DNA of 64,000 nt from Haliotis rubra (taxonomy: Eukaryota): NCBI RefSeq assembly GCF_003918875.1, contig NW_025767234.1, positions 558,001 to 622,000 on the forward strand, in the 5' to 3' direction. The notes beneath the pieces were generated by a model, which searched no databases, was not told the DNA's origin, and saw only the letters and a list, made by a program, of their open reading frames with translations. Below are positions 39,808-52,172 of the stretch, piece after piece. The position numbers and the translations under genes are program-made. Within the stretch, counting starts at the first letter, position 1. Each line of letters begins with the position of its first letter.

Positions 39808-40534
39808 ACAGCGTATGAGTCTCCAAAAGGCCATTTAAAGGAACTTATACCGCGCCAAGTTCATCCAGTGTTGCTTCTTATGAATATGGTGCACACGTCT
39901 CCCTGTCATGTCACAGACTTTTCCCATTGGACAAAGGCCCAAGCACGACCGCGGTTATCAAGGATGTTATAAATGAATAGTGACTTATCTGAAAACATGA
40001 CAAATGACCAGCGACGATTACCTCAAAATCTTTGTCGTGTACACCATGCACGTCTGTAGGCAATATGATGATTTGTAAGGGCGACACAACACGAGGCCGT
40101 CGGGTATGGAGATGAGTGAGTGAGTATGGTTTTACACCGCTTTTAGCAATACTCCAGCAACATCACGGCGGGGGATACTAGGAATTAGCTTCACACATTG
40201 TACCCTTGTGGGGAATCGTATTCGGGTCTTTAGCGTGACGGACGCTTTAACCGTTAGGCTTCCCCACCGGTCCAGTATGGAGGTGAACTGCGAGAAGGTT
40301 TTCAATCATCTGACCAGGAACTGGTAGTCCAGAAGTCTGAGGAAAGTTTGCAGCAGTTTGAGTCTCCCTTTGAGCTCGACTTCATTGGCCTGGATTTGTG
40401 GCATGTACTCTTGTCGTTGGCCATGGACGCCCTGAATGGTGTCGTTCGTCAACATTTTAGGTTTTTCGTACTTTTTCCATTGTGTGCTAATCACAAACTG
40501 AAACACTGGTCGTATTGATCTCTCTACGCTGACC

Positions 40535-40700
40535 GGGGCGGTGGGGTAGCCTAATGGTTAAAGCGTTGGCTCGTCACGCCGAAGACCCGGGTTCGAATCC
40601 CCACATGGGCACAATGTGTGAAGCCCATTTATGGTGTCCCCCGCCGTGATGTTGCTGGAATATTGCTAAAAGCGGCGTGAAACCAAACTCAGTCACTCAG
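40535..40700 (+). mobile_element. Young full-length family-1 SINE
   Basis: Complete head and tail; TSD TCTACGCTGAC at 40523-40533 and 40701-40711. Confidence 0.92.
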
Positions 40701-41477
40701 TCTACGCTGACTTCTGCCAGTTTTCAGCATGCCAAATGTCCGTAGCCGCAACCCACGTTTCAGAAGCTGCATCATTAGTTCATGCACAAACAATGAATGG
40801 AACCAGGTAAATCACAACTGGGTGTTAAGCTGAATGAATAAGGCTGACAGAAAATCTATCTTCTTGAAAAGTGTCAAAGTCAAGAATGACAGCCTTCGCA
40901 CATGTATGGCGCAACTGCGTCCAGCACGTACAAACTATCGGATGTGATTTGATGTCAAGTTTTACATACCTAAATTTCTTCGATGTAATATTTGTCGTCA
41001 ACATCAATACTTGTAATTAACACTTTTGTTTCATGATTCTCTTCTTGTAAGAAACATTGTCATCGATTTGTTATGAGAACATAAGACTGATGCTCCCGGA
41101 ATCAAATATCACATAAACAAATCACAGGAATACAGGAATCCTAGCCCTATTCACGCGTGAGTATTTCTCCACCTTTTGATCTCGCCGAAGAGAATTCGAG
41201 TTCCTGATTTTGTCAGCCAAATGAAATCCCAGACAGCACTAAGAATTGATAGGTTTTCAAACTAGTCTTAAATCTGCAGCTGCCTTTACACCCCAGGAAA
41301 TTCAATTACCATACCAGCAAATGCATAGTTTCTCAGTTGACCCTTCTTCGCACGCAACCGAAACTCTCGCACAACATTTATATTGCAGAACCTTTCTATG
41401 AGAAGATTAAATCAGCAGCTATGTGGTTAAGGCGCATGCCAGCCAGCTGCCAAGTTACCCAGATAGTTGAAGGAGAG

Positions 41478-41493
41478 TGACGTGATTATGTAA
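41478..41493 (+). promoter_or_regulatory. Adjacent CRE-like (TGACGTGA) and PAR-bZIP-like (TTAYGTAA) motifs upstream of lectin A; also at 45620-45635 for lectin B
   Basis: Same position just before the ATG in both paralogues; function not shown. Confidence 0.35.
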
Positions 41494-41524
41494 ACAGTTG
41501 CAACGGATCTGGTTTACATGGAGG

Positions 41525-43357
41525 ATGTTTCTCTACATGTACATACTGTCTGTAGTTTCTGTCATATGTATAGCAGTTGATGGTAATGTTACATTTCATG
41601 TAGGTCACAGTTACGGAAATGGATCCTTTAGTGCAATACATGGCCGTAACGGTAAAAGCACACGTGGATATTGTACATGACATAACCTCTGAACTGTTAC
41701 AGTATATTCAAATTACAGTTAAAGAATTCCGAAATCTTCTGTTTAGGACTTTGTCCGCCCGATTGGACGCTATTCGGAGATTCCTGTTATGACGTGATCA
41801 AGGATAAGGAGGAATGGACAGAGGCCAATGTGAGTATGGACAATTTAGTCACACAGCTAGTGAACGGGGAACTTTCGTTGCCACTGTCACCTTCTTGGTA
41901 GCTCAGCAGAATGTAAACCCAGAATGTATTTCGTTCACCTGATTGAAAAATAAGCACACACTCCAAGAACTTTGTATGCTTCATAATAAAGAAGCGTACA
42001 TCCGTTAATAATCTCATTTGTTCTATACTCTATTTACCGACCTGTAAGAGCTTAAACCTGTATGCATTTATGGGGTGAACAGCATGTGTTTAGAAACAAT
42101 ACGATACAAGAATATTTCAAGAAATATGACGGACTGGTACAAATTCCATGCTTCCGTGCTACTGTGAAGACGTCTTTGGGAGACAATTACAGGTGCGTAG
42201 CAAGCCTTTTGTTTCGTGTAAGCCCGATAGGTTGCAAAGCTTTATGTTTAGATACTATTGAGGGCTTGTCCAAACTTTTTAACAACAATCATGTGTAAGC
42301 CCGGGCTTTTTTCATAATGGTAGCTACGCCCTTGAATTATGTTTTGCTTATGCATTGATCTTCCTATTTGACAGGTGTTTATTTCTCTACTCACTTGCAG
42401 CATATTTGTGAAATACACTGGGGCTACATGGCTGTGATTGAATCTTCAGCCGAGAATGACTTTGTAAAGGGCCTAATCAAGATGGAAGGTAATAGGTATT
42501 TGAGGATAGGAATGTATATGCACTTGTATTGAAAGCAGTATTATGTAAGCATTGTTATATTTATGTTATTGAACAATGAAACAATTACCGTATACACACT
42601 ATTATTGCTTCAGCATAAAGCATCATATTCATCAGCATAATATTACTCTGTTATTGCCGAAGGTAGCAATGGGTGTTGGCAAACATTTGCTTTGTACAAT
42701 GCCCAACCGTTGCGTTATAAACGTTTACATTTGTTGACTGGCAAAACATATGTAAAACATAATATCAAACTGACCATTGGTCAGAGTAACATGTGTTACT
42801 TAATGTTTTCAATATTTAACACAGGTGCCACTGAACAGTATGGACTGGTACCAATGGTACCTTCAGATGAACATGTATTCCGTATTTAATGTTTAACCCA
42901 GGTGTCACTGAGGACGTATGGATTGGTGCCAATGATTTGCAGGAAGAGGGGGTATTCCGCTGGGCAGCAACTAACCAAAAGCTGAACTTTGCTGACTGGA
43001 GAGCTGGAGAACCCAACAGCATCCACAACAATGAAAACTGTGTGGAGATTGAATATTTTCTTCAGGATCAGTGGAATGATGACCTGTGTACGAAAAAACA
43101 ATATTTCATATGTGAAAAAAGGTAAACACTAAACAACAGCATAATTGAGTCATGGTTTATACTCAAGCAGTGTTAATATTGTGTAATATGATTGATAATA
43201 TTCTCCAAAGAAGCTTCTCTCAAAATGTATCCTAACATTTGTGCTTAAAATATAACCTAACAACTGTATGGTATGCTGATGATATCTTTTTCAATCTTAC
43301 TATATATGTTAATTAATATTTCTTGTCATTGTCAGACCGAGCGGTATAGTGGGCTGA
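41525..43357 (+). CDS. Secreted C-type lectin A (perlucin-like); exons 41525-41582, 41747-41829, 42401-42488, 42902-43121, 43336-43357
   Basis: Signal peptide MFLYMYILSVVSVICIAVDG; CPPDWTLFGDSCY; WIG; EPN; ENC; WND; FICE; ends GIVG; splice phases agree; AATAAA at 43375. Confidence 0.9.
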
Positions 43358-43409
43358 ACCTCTACCACAGTTGGAATAAAAGGTTTTCACATGCTTTTGT
43401 TTGTTTTGT

Positions 43410-43488
43410 GTATTACTACTACTACTACATCGATATAACCTGTGTACTACTACTACTACTACTACCTCTACTACTACTACTACTACCT

Positions 43489-43519
<31 letters not shown>

Positions 43520-43562
43520 ATCGGTATAACCTGTGTGCTACTACTACTACTACATCGATATA
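43410..43562. repeat. (TAC)n microsatellite interleaved with ATCGRTATAACCTGTGT
   Basis: Direct reading. Confidence 0.9.
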
Positions 43563-44209
43563 ACCTAGTGGTTAAAGCGTTCGCTCGTCACGCCGAAGAC
43601 CCGGCTGAGATTTACATTCCCATTTCTGGTGTTCCCCACCGTGATAGTGCTGCAATGCTGTTAAAGGTGGTAAAACTAAACTCACTCACTCTGCCAGTCA
43701 CAGTCAGTGTTTGCCCTTAACCCTGAAAAGCTGAGGCCCTAAGGACCCAGAATCATAAAACATTGTGCTTCCTGATCAGAATGTGTAGGCCCTATATTTT
43801 ACTATGGAAATAATACTGTTAGTTATTGGGGATGAAAATGCTGTCGGCCATAATAACCTGCAGAAAACGAAAGCTGTGGATGGTTTTCAGTCGACTTCGG
43901 GCCTAAGGACCGACGTTAATTTTGAACGCAGGTCACAGTGATCACACCCCACAACGATCCCAGAACGATCTCCATCTACGCCACACTCTGTTGCTCCAGA
44001 AAAAACCTTGATTCAGTCGAAAACATAACGTTTGGCCATAACAGGTGCAATGGTCCTCATAACATTGAGACCCGTGAAGAACCGGATTAGAATTGGTCTT
44101 CAGTAACGCATGCTTGTCGTAAAAGGCAACTGACGGGGTCGGGTGGTCAGGCTCGCTGACTTGGTTGACACATGTCGTATCCCAATTGCGTAGATCGATG
44201 CTCATAAAA

Positions 44210-44300
44210 AGTTGCCTCGGATCTGCTTTACAGGAAACATGTCTCTCTACATACTCTGTGTTATTTCTGCCATGGCAGTTGATGGTGATATTACATTTAA
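44210..44300 (+). pseudogene. Orphan copy of lectin B exon 1
   Basis: ATG 44239 MSLYILCVISAMAVDG|GT, followed by the same SINE found in intron 1 of lectin B. Confidence 0.75.
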
Positions 44301-45666
44301 CGTATCCGTGAAAATCCGGGTTAGGACTGATCTCCATCAACCAAGGCTAGTCGTAAGAGGTGATTAACGGGATTGGGGGGTCAGGCTCGCTGACTTTCTT
44401 GACATATTTCAACGTATCATAGTTGCGTAGATCGATGCTCATGATGTTGATCACCGAATTGTCTGGTCCAGACTCGATTAGTTACAGACCGCCGCCATAT
44501 AACTGGAATATTGCTGAGTGCGGCGTTAAACAACAAACCAATCGACCAACCAATCATAATATTGATGGGAATGTCAGTGATTATGTTGTAAAAACGACTG
44601 ACACTCGTAACAGGACACAGCTTGGCCCTGTCAGCATGTCTCATGGAAGAAATGATAACGTACCTGCTCAGCGTGATGCCAGCTTAACAGTTCACATTGT
44701 ATCAGATTGTGATACTGATGAGAATTGTGACTTTGTAATGTTTGATTGTCAGACAATGCCAGGCTTAAGTTCAGATGTTCCGAAGTTTTAGCTCTTAAAG
44801 GTTAAATCATTTGTCACCTGAGCAAGCGTCTTATTCTGATATTGTGTAAAACTAAGTTACACGTTTGACATATAACGTCTGTCACGTCAGAAACGGCCAC
44901 GTGCAATGGGCATGTTAGAAATTGGAACAAGACATAAAACGTTGATGGCACACGTTCATCTGGTGGAAAAAGGGGCGACAACTAGTGCAAAAAGCCACTT
45001 CAGTAGAACGACTAAGTAACAAAAACGTGGCCCCTAATTAGGATCTTCACAGAGCTACAAGTGTTCGACCTCTCCTTCAGCATGTCCATACCCCATTGAC
45101 GCTACCTCGGCACCGCTAGATCATACACAAACAATATATGGAATCAGGTAAATCTGCGTTCGGCACGTGCCATCCATCGGATGTGTTTTTATGTCGAGTT
45201 TTTCTTGCATAGAATATTTGTCGTCAACATCAACACTTGTAATTAACACTAATGATTCAAGATTCTCTTCTTTGTAAGTAAAAATGATACTCCGGGAATC
45301 AAATATCACAAATCATATATGTACAGAAATCCTTGCCCTGTTTGTTCACGCGTGAGTATCTCCACCTCTTTGATGTAACCGAGGAAAATATCCGAGTTCT
45401 TGATCTCGTACGCCAAATAAAGTCTCGGACAAAGTTAGGTTTTTCAAACCGGTCTTTCATTTCAGCAACCGTATTTTCTCAGTTGACCCTTTGCCCGCAA
45501 CTAAAACTCTCACTCAGCATTCATATTGCAGAGCTTTTCTATGAGAAGATTAATTCAGCAGCTATGTGGTTAAGGCGCATGACAGCCAGCTGTCAAGTTA
45601 CCGAGATAGTTGAGGAGAGTGACGTGATTACGTAACCAGTTGCAACGGATCTTCTTTACAGGAAAC

Positions 45667-47638
45667 ATGTCTCTCTACATACTCTGTGTTGTTTCTGCCA
45701 TATGTATGGCAGTTGATGGTAATGTTACGTATACTGTATCCGTGAAGATCGGGCTTAGTATTGATCTTCAGCGACCCAGGCTAGTCGTAAGAAGCGATTA
45801 ACGGGATTTGGGGGTCAGGCTCGCTGACTTTCTTGACATATTTCATCGTATCCTAGTTGCGTAAATCGATGCTCATGATGTTGATCACTAGTTTGTTTGG
45901 TCCAGAATCGATTATTTACTGACCGACGTCATATAGCTTGAATACTGCTGATTGCGGTGTTATATCACAAACAAACCAACATTTCATACATGTCACAGTT
46001 ACGGAAATGGGTTCTTTAGTGCAATACATGGCAGTAACGGTAAAAGCACAAGTGGATATTGTACATAACATAACCTCTGAACTGTTACAGTGTATTGAAA
46101 TCGCAGTTGAAAATTCCGAAATCTTCTGTTTAGGACTTTGTCCATCCGGATGGACGCTATTCGGAGATTCCTGTTATGACGTGGTCAAGGATAAGGAGGA
46201 ATGGGCAGAGGCCAATGTGAGTATAAACAGTTGTGTGCGTCAGTGTGAGTGTGAGTGAATGAGTGAGTCAGNNNNNNNNNNNNNNNNNNNNNNNNNNNNN
46301 NNNNNNNNNNNNNNNNNNNNNNNNNNNNNNNNNNNNNNNNNNNNNNNNNNNNNNNNNNNNNNNNNNNNNNNNNNNNNNNNNNNNNNNNNNNNNNNNNNNC
46401 AGCTGTGTGTGTGAGTGTGAGTGAGTGTGAGTGTGAGAGTGAAAGTGAGTGAGTTGAAATTTAAGACAATTTGTCAATATTTCAGCCATGGTGTGACTAG
46501 GAAAGGTTATACACAGGTTAATATCTTTCAGCGATGGGCACAACAAAAACTGGCAATATGTCACAGTCAAAACATTTAAAAGAAGGACCACTTACATTGC
46601 AATAAATGAGCTTGTAATCGCCCGATTCCTAGGTTGAGTCACCCAACAAGTGGAACTTCCGTTGCCTCTGTTACCTTCATGGTAGCCCAGCAGGATGCAC
46701 ACACTCCCTTTAGATTGTTGCGATTGCACGCAAGACAGCAAATCGAATGGGTTTACTAATTAAACCGGTAGCTCACCTGAACACAGTCAATACTTCCCGA
46801 GTGTCCATCGGGGCTGAGGGATAGCAGAGTGGTGAATACCCTCGAGCGTGGTTGGATTCTCCTCATATATGAGGACCATTTCTGGTTTCCCATGTCCAGT
46901 GTGTGACTCCAAACTTTCAAACTGAACATATCGTTTATTGTTTTGCTTCAGTGTATTTAACCCGTGAAGATCCGGGTTAGAATTGATCTTCAGTAACCCA
47001 TGCTTGTCATAAGAGGCGACTGAGGGGATTCGGTGGTCAGGCTCGCTGACTGGGTTGACACATGTCATCGTATCCCATATGCGTAGATTGATGATCAGAG
47101 GATTGTCTGGTTCAGACTCGATTATTTACAGACAGCCGCCATATAGCTAGAATATTGCTGATTGCGGCGTAAATATACTCTCACTTACTCACTCATTCAA
47201 TGTATGACGGTCTTTGCATGCTGCAANNNNNNNNNNNNNNNNNNNNNNNNNNNNNNNNNNNNNNNNNNNNNNNNNNNNNNNNNNNNNNNNNNNNNNNNNN
47301 NNNNNNNNNNNNNNNNNNNNNNNNNNNNNNNNNNNNNNNNNNNNNNNNNNNNNNNNNNNNNNNNNNNNNNNNNNNNNNNNNNNNNNNNNNNNNNNNNNNN
47401 NNNNNNNNNNNNNNNNNNNNNNNNNNNNNNNNNNNNNNNNNNNNNNNNNNNNNNNNNNNNNNNNNNNNNNNNNNNNNNNNNNNNNNNNNNNNNNNNNNNN
47501 NNNNNNNNNNNNNNNNNNNNNNNNNNNNNNNNNNNNACGTACATACAAACATACATACATACATACATATACAGCAAGCACTATTTTTCGCGTCTCATGT
47601 AGTAAGATGTATCCTATTAACAACGATATATACATAAA

Positions 47639-47669
<31 letters not shown>

Positions 47670-49888
47670 GACACACACGTACAGCACTGAATCTGTGACC
47701 TTTAGAAACAATAAAAATATATTTCAAGAAATATGACGGACTGATGCAAAGACCACGTCACCGTGCTGCCACGGGGTCTTTGGGAGATAATTATGTTTTG
47801 CTTATGCATTGTTCTTCCTGTTTGACGGGTGTTTATTTCTCTACTCACTTGCAGTATCTGTGTGAAATACACCAGGGATACATGGCTGTGATCGAATCTT
47901 CAGCCGAGAATGACTTTGTAAAGGGCTTAATCAAGACGGAAGGTAAGAGGTTTTTTCAGGGTAGCTATATCTATGCATATTGGCCTGTCTAAAATGATCG
48001 ATAATCGGAAATATCGTCTATGGGAATATATTCATTATTGTGTTATCGATAATATCGTACAATAACTTTTGTGACCGAAAAAGGTTTCTCACGAAATATA
48101 CAAATTTATGATTTTATTCATGGTCTGCTTCTAAATTATGTTCAAGACGCTGCTTGTTACTAATCCATGCAAAAACATGTCACCACTTACCAGTGATGTG
48201 AAATATATTCATTTATTTCAGACAATTTTGCTCAAAGATACGTCTCCGATATTTATCGATAATCGATCGATATTTAGTTAACGATTATCGATGTCTATGA
48301 TCTATAGCCAGCTCTAATGCATATGTATTGAAAGCAGCATTGTTTAAGTTAAGAATGCATGTATAGTTGCACATAAACATAATAATACTCAGAATAATAT
48401 TACCCTGTTTTTGCCAAAGGGTGCTATGGCCGTTGGCAAATATTTGCTTGTGTAATATTCAACTGTTGCGGGATAAACATTCACATATGTTGACTGGCAC
48501 TTTGTATAACATGATGTCAAATTTGGTCAGTTGCAAAAGAAAATGTTCCACCATAAGCATACAGACCGGAGAAGTTCCGGATTAGATTTGGTCTTTAGCG
48601 ACCCGTGCTTGTCGTAAAAGGCGACTGACGAGCTCGGGTGGTCTGCCTCGCTGATTTGGTTCACGCATGTCATCGTATCCTAATTGCGTAGATCGATGCT
48701 CATGCTGTTGATCACTGGATTGTGTGGTCCAGACTCAAATATGTACAGGCCTCTGCCAGAAAGCTGTAAATACCATGATCTCTGTTGATGGCCGGTTGAT
48801 GTCTAGTGATGGTGGGGCCGTCAAACCTATTATAAACCACGTGGTTACTTGTGAGCATCGTGATGGTTTTTCAAAGGATGTTGTGGCGCAGATAGGTTTG
48901 AGTGGGGTCGGAGATGGCGGGTTTCTAATCAGAAAGGACTTCCGGTCTTCTTTGTTTGTAAGTGGTCTGGGGCTCTTTTCACAAAGCGATCTTTGCGCTA
49001 CAACTACCTTAGGTCTATGTTCAGGTATGACAGTAACGATAGCCCTCAGAAAAAAATGTGTTACCTACTTAATGTTGTCAATATTTAACACAGGTGTCAC
49101 TGAGGACGTATGGATTGGTGCCAATGACACCTTCAGATGAACATGTGTTCCCCATTTAATGTTTTCAATATTTGACCAGGTGTCAGTGAGGACGTATGGA
49201 TTGGTGCCAATGACACATTCAGATGAACATGTGTTCCCCATTTATTGTTTTCAATATCTGACCAAGTGTCAGTGAGGACGTATTGATTTGTGCCGATGAC
49301 GCATTCAGATGAACATGTGTTCCCCATTTATTGTTTTCAATATTTGACCAGGTGTGACTGAGGACGTATGGATTGGTGCCAAAGGCATCTTCAGATGAAC
49401 ATGTGTTCCCTATTTATTATTTTCAATATTTGACCAGGTGTCACTGAGGACGTATGGATTGGTGCCGATGACTTGTGGGAAGAGGGGGTATTCCGCTGGG
49501 CAGCAACAAACCAGGAGCTGAACTTTACTGACTGGAAAGCTGGAGAACCAAACAACATCCACAACAATGAAAACTGTGTGGAGATTGAATATTATCTTCA
49601 GGATCAGTGGAATGATGACATGTGTACGAAAAAGCAATCTTTCATATGTGAAACAAGGTAAACACTAAACGACTGGATAATTGAGCATTGTTTTATACTC
49701 AAACAGTGTTAATATTCTATAATATGATAGACAAAATTCTCCAAAGAAGATTCTCTCAAAATGTATCCTAACATTTGTGCTTAAAATATATCCTAACAAT
49801 TGTATGGTATGCCGATGACATCTTTTTCAATCTTTACTAAGTATGTTTCTTGTTATTTGTCAGCCCTTCGAGCCGTATCGTGGGCTGA
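45667..49888 (+). CDS. Secreted C-type lectin B, tandem paralogue of A; exons 45667-45718, 46134-46216, 47855-47942, 49438-49657, 49864-49888
   Basis: Signal peptide MSLYILCVVSAICMAVDG; CPSGWTLFGDSCY; WIG; EPN; WND; ends RIVG; upstream 45150-45650 matches 40910-41500. Confidence 0.88.
49055..49470 (+). repeat. 86-bp tandem repeat made of the intron-3 acceptor plus the start of exon 4 (5 units)
   Basis: Acceptor-equivalent positions 49093, 49179, 49265 (mutated), 49351, 49437. Confidence 0.92.
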
Positions 49889-50189
49889 GCCGCAACTACA
49901 GTTGGAATAAACTGCTCATTCAATAAAGGTTTTGACATGCTTTTGCTTGTTTTATGTATTGATACTACTACATCAATATAAGCTTTGTACTGCTGGCTTG
50001 TGTTGCATGCATATCATCACAGTGAACGTAACTCCCTGTGTAGACGATGTTATCCAGATGATTATTTCATACCTGCAAAGCAAATCATATGATAATTCAG
50101 AAAAAGTGACAAAAGAATTCAGTTCAATTCTATTTTCATGTGAATGTAGGCCATCGGCACATGGTACATCGTTATACATTAGCAGCCTT

Positions 50190-51086
50190 CAAACTACAGC
50201 GACGACGATTTTTAGCATAAAAATGACCATGGCAAGATTTCTTAAAAACAGAGGAGCAGCATTACACATCAATCGGTTAAATTTACACAAGGTTTGATGA
50301 GTGAAAGCATCAACAGGGATAAAACGTTTACGTAGATCATCATAAGCAGTACATATCAATAAGAAATGGTACTCATTTTCTACATAGTTACAGGAACACA
50401 TTTCACACAATCTTAAGCTTTTGGTTTATTTATATATCTAACAGTTTCTATATTCAATTGGTGCGAACTAGTATAAATTTATTGATAGTTATACAATGAA
50501 GATATGGTTCAACACCAAAAATAAATTTAAATTGAGAATATTAAAAAGATTTTGAACCATAAGACCGCCAGGAATGTCATTCCTGTAAATATATGTTTTG
50601 GGCTCTAGATATGAATTCAGAAATAAATAGGTTTATATTAGGAATATCCAAACCCCATTGTATACAATACGTTTTTTAATTTGATACCCAGTTAATGCAT
50701 CTAACGGTAATGAATTATAACATTTCTTAGGAAAACGTGTAGAGAGCATATAATACAGCGTTTGTACGCAAAGATACACATAGGGTATCTCCCGAACTCG
50801 CCACGTACAACGTGACTTGGGGTACACAGTTTAACACGGAGTAAATATTTACCGGCTTAGGTATGAACTGTTTCAATCGATGAATAAGAATCACAGTCTC
50901 GACCCCATACGTCGGCACCATAAATCAAGCATTACTTAGTGTCAAAAATTCTGAAAAAAACATCACATTTCATATGTTCAAATTTTGTTAAAGGTCACAT
51001 GCAACGCAAAACACAACTTTGCAGATTCTGATACCTTTCGGTACGGACTTACAGTAACAAATTATCAAATATGCAAATTCAACTTG
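50190..51086 (-). mobile_element. Decayed non-LTR retrotransposon, 3' part of ORF2
   Basis: C-terminal CCHC motif CEMCSCNYVENEYHFLLICTAYDDLR; upstream YGVE and GRYP-like remnants. Confidence 0.75.
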
Positions 51087-51863
51087 NNNNNNNNNNNNNN
51101 NNNNNNNNNNNNNNNNNNNNNNNNNNNNNNNNNNNNNNNNNNNNNNNNNNNNNNNNNNNNNNNNNNNNNNNNNNNNNNNNNNNNNNNNNNNNNNNNNNNN
51201 NNNNNNNNNNNNNNNNNNNNNNNNNNNNNNNNNNNNNNNNNNNAAAACATAGTTCAAACGATTCACTAATTTCACCCCAGCGCGATGAAAAGTGGTTTCA
51301 ACAGCTGTGATGCGCTGCGCCAATAGCGCATGCGCAGTGATTAGGTTCGCGCGGCTTGAACCGGGAAGGTGACTCGTAAAAACACAGCAGGTGATGCCTG
51401 CAAGGATTATCGCTGTGGTCGAAGTTGGAGAACAAGAGATGTATTTTGCGATTACAAGCATCTTGGGTCTGCAGTAATAAAAACACACTGGTCCCATACT
51501 TGGTTGCAGATTTGCAAACCAAGCTTTCAAGAAAGTGTAGCATTAGAAATACTAATTCCATTGTTAAAAATTGCTCAGCTTGACAACTGAAATGGTTTAA
51601 TACATATGTTGATTGTGATAAGCAGTGTCTGTCACAGACAAAACTCAATGTCTGTTTTATTGACACCTATGTGTCTGCCTGCCTGTCTGCTAATGACAAT
51701 ATGCAATACACAACTTCAATCGTTGACCACGTGCAATTTGAACTTATCAGGCTATGCACCGTAAACAAAATACATTGATTTATGGCTCGTGCACCTGAGT
51801 TCTGTCTCTGTCACATTATGTAATTACACAGGCAGGCGTGATACTTGTACACATGACATGTTA

Positions 51864-52010
51864 TTATGTCTGTGGATTGCAAACGGACTGCATCCATTTT
51901 TCTCGGATGACTGGATCGGACTGAAACCAGTGCGAACTCAGATTGTCAGTTTCAAGTCCTGCTTTGTACTTGGATGAACGACAGTTTCCAGCCACGCAGT
52001 AGTTCACCAT
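51864..52010 (-). pseudogene. Partial THAP zinc-finger ORF (probable DNA transposon remnant)
   Basis: MVNYCVAGNC..SHWFQSDPVIREKWMQSV matches the THAP N-terminal pattern; the C-terminal C..HF is missing before the stop. Confidence 0.65.
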
Positions 52011-52109
52011 CGCAGTATTTGTTGATGGGATCGAACGCAAATGCAGAGAGCATGTATTTACAAAACCCAACATCTCTATATACAGTCTTTATGGATAACA
52101 ACTTCTTTC

Positions 52110-52172
52110 ATTGTATATAGATGCTTGACAACGATATAAGAAACCATACCGAAACGTCGCATCATATACAAT
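52110..52172 (+). ncRNA. Minimal type-I hammerhead ribozyme, Penelope-like, U3-A8 core variant
   Basis: Stem I GAUGC/GCAUC; core UUGACAA 52125-52131; stem II GAUAU/AUACC (one mismatch); GAAA 52151-52154; palindromic ACGU stem III; predicted cut after GUC at 52158. Confidence 0.7.

Noticed and set aside
40535-40610. tRNA gene
   Set aside because: No closed acceptor stem; it continues into a SINE body with a TSD and has many diverged copies.
43273-43720. Poly-Tyr and poly-Leu ORFs
   Set aside because: Translations of a (TAC)n microsatellite.
43717-43920. piggyBac-like MITE (TTAACCC..TTAA)
   Set aside because: Ends are not convincing inverted repeats.
47162-47690. ORFs spanning N runs (also near 4.0, 13.6, 46.3, 51.1 and 52.2 kb)
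   Set aside because: Assembly-gap artefacts.
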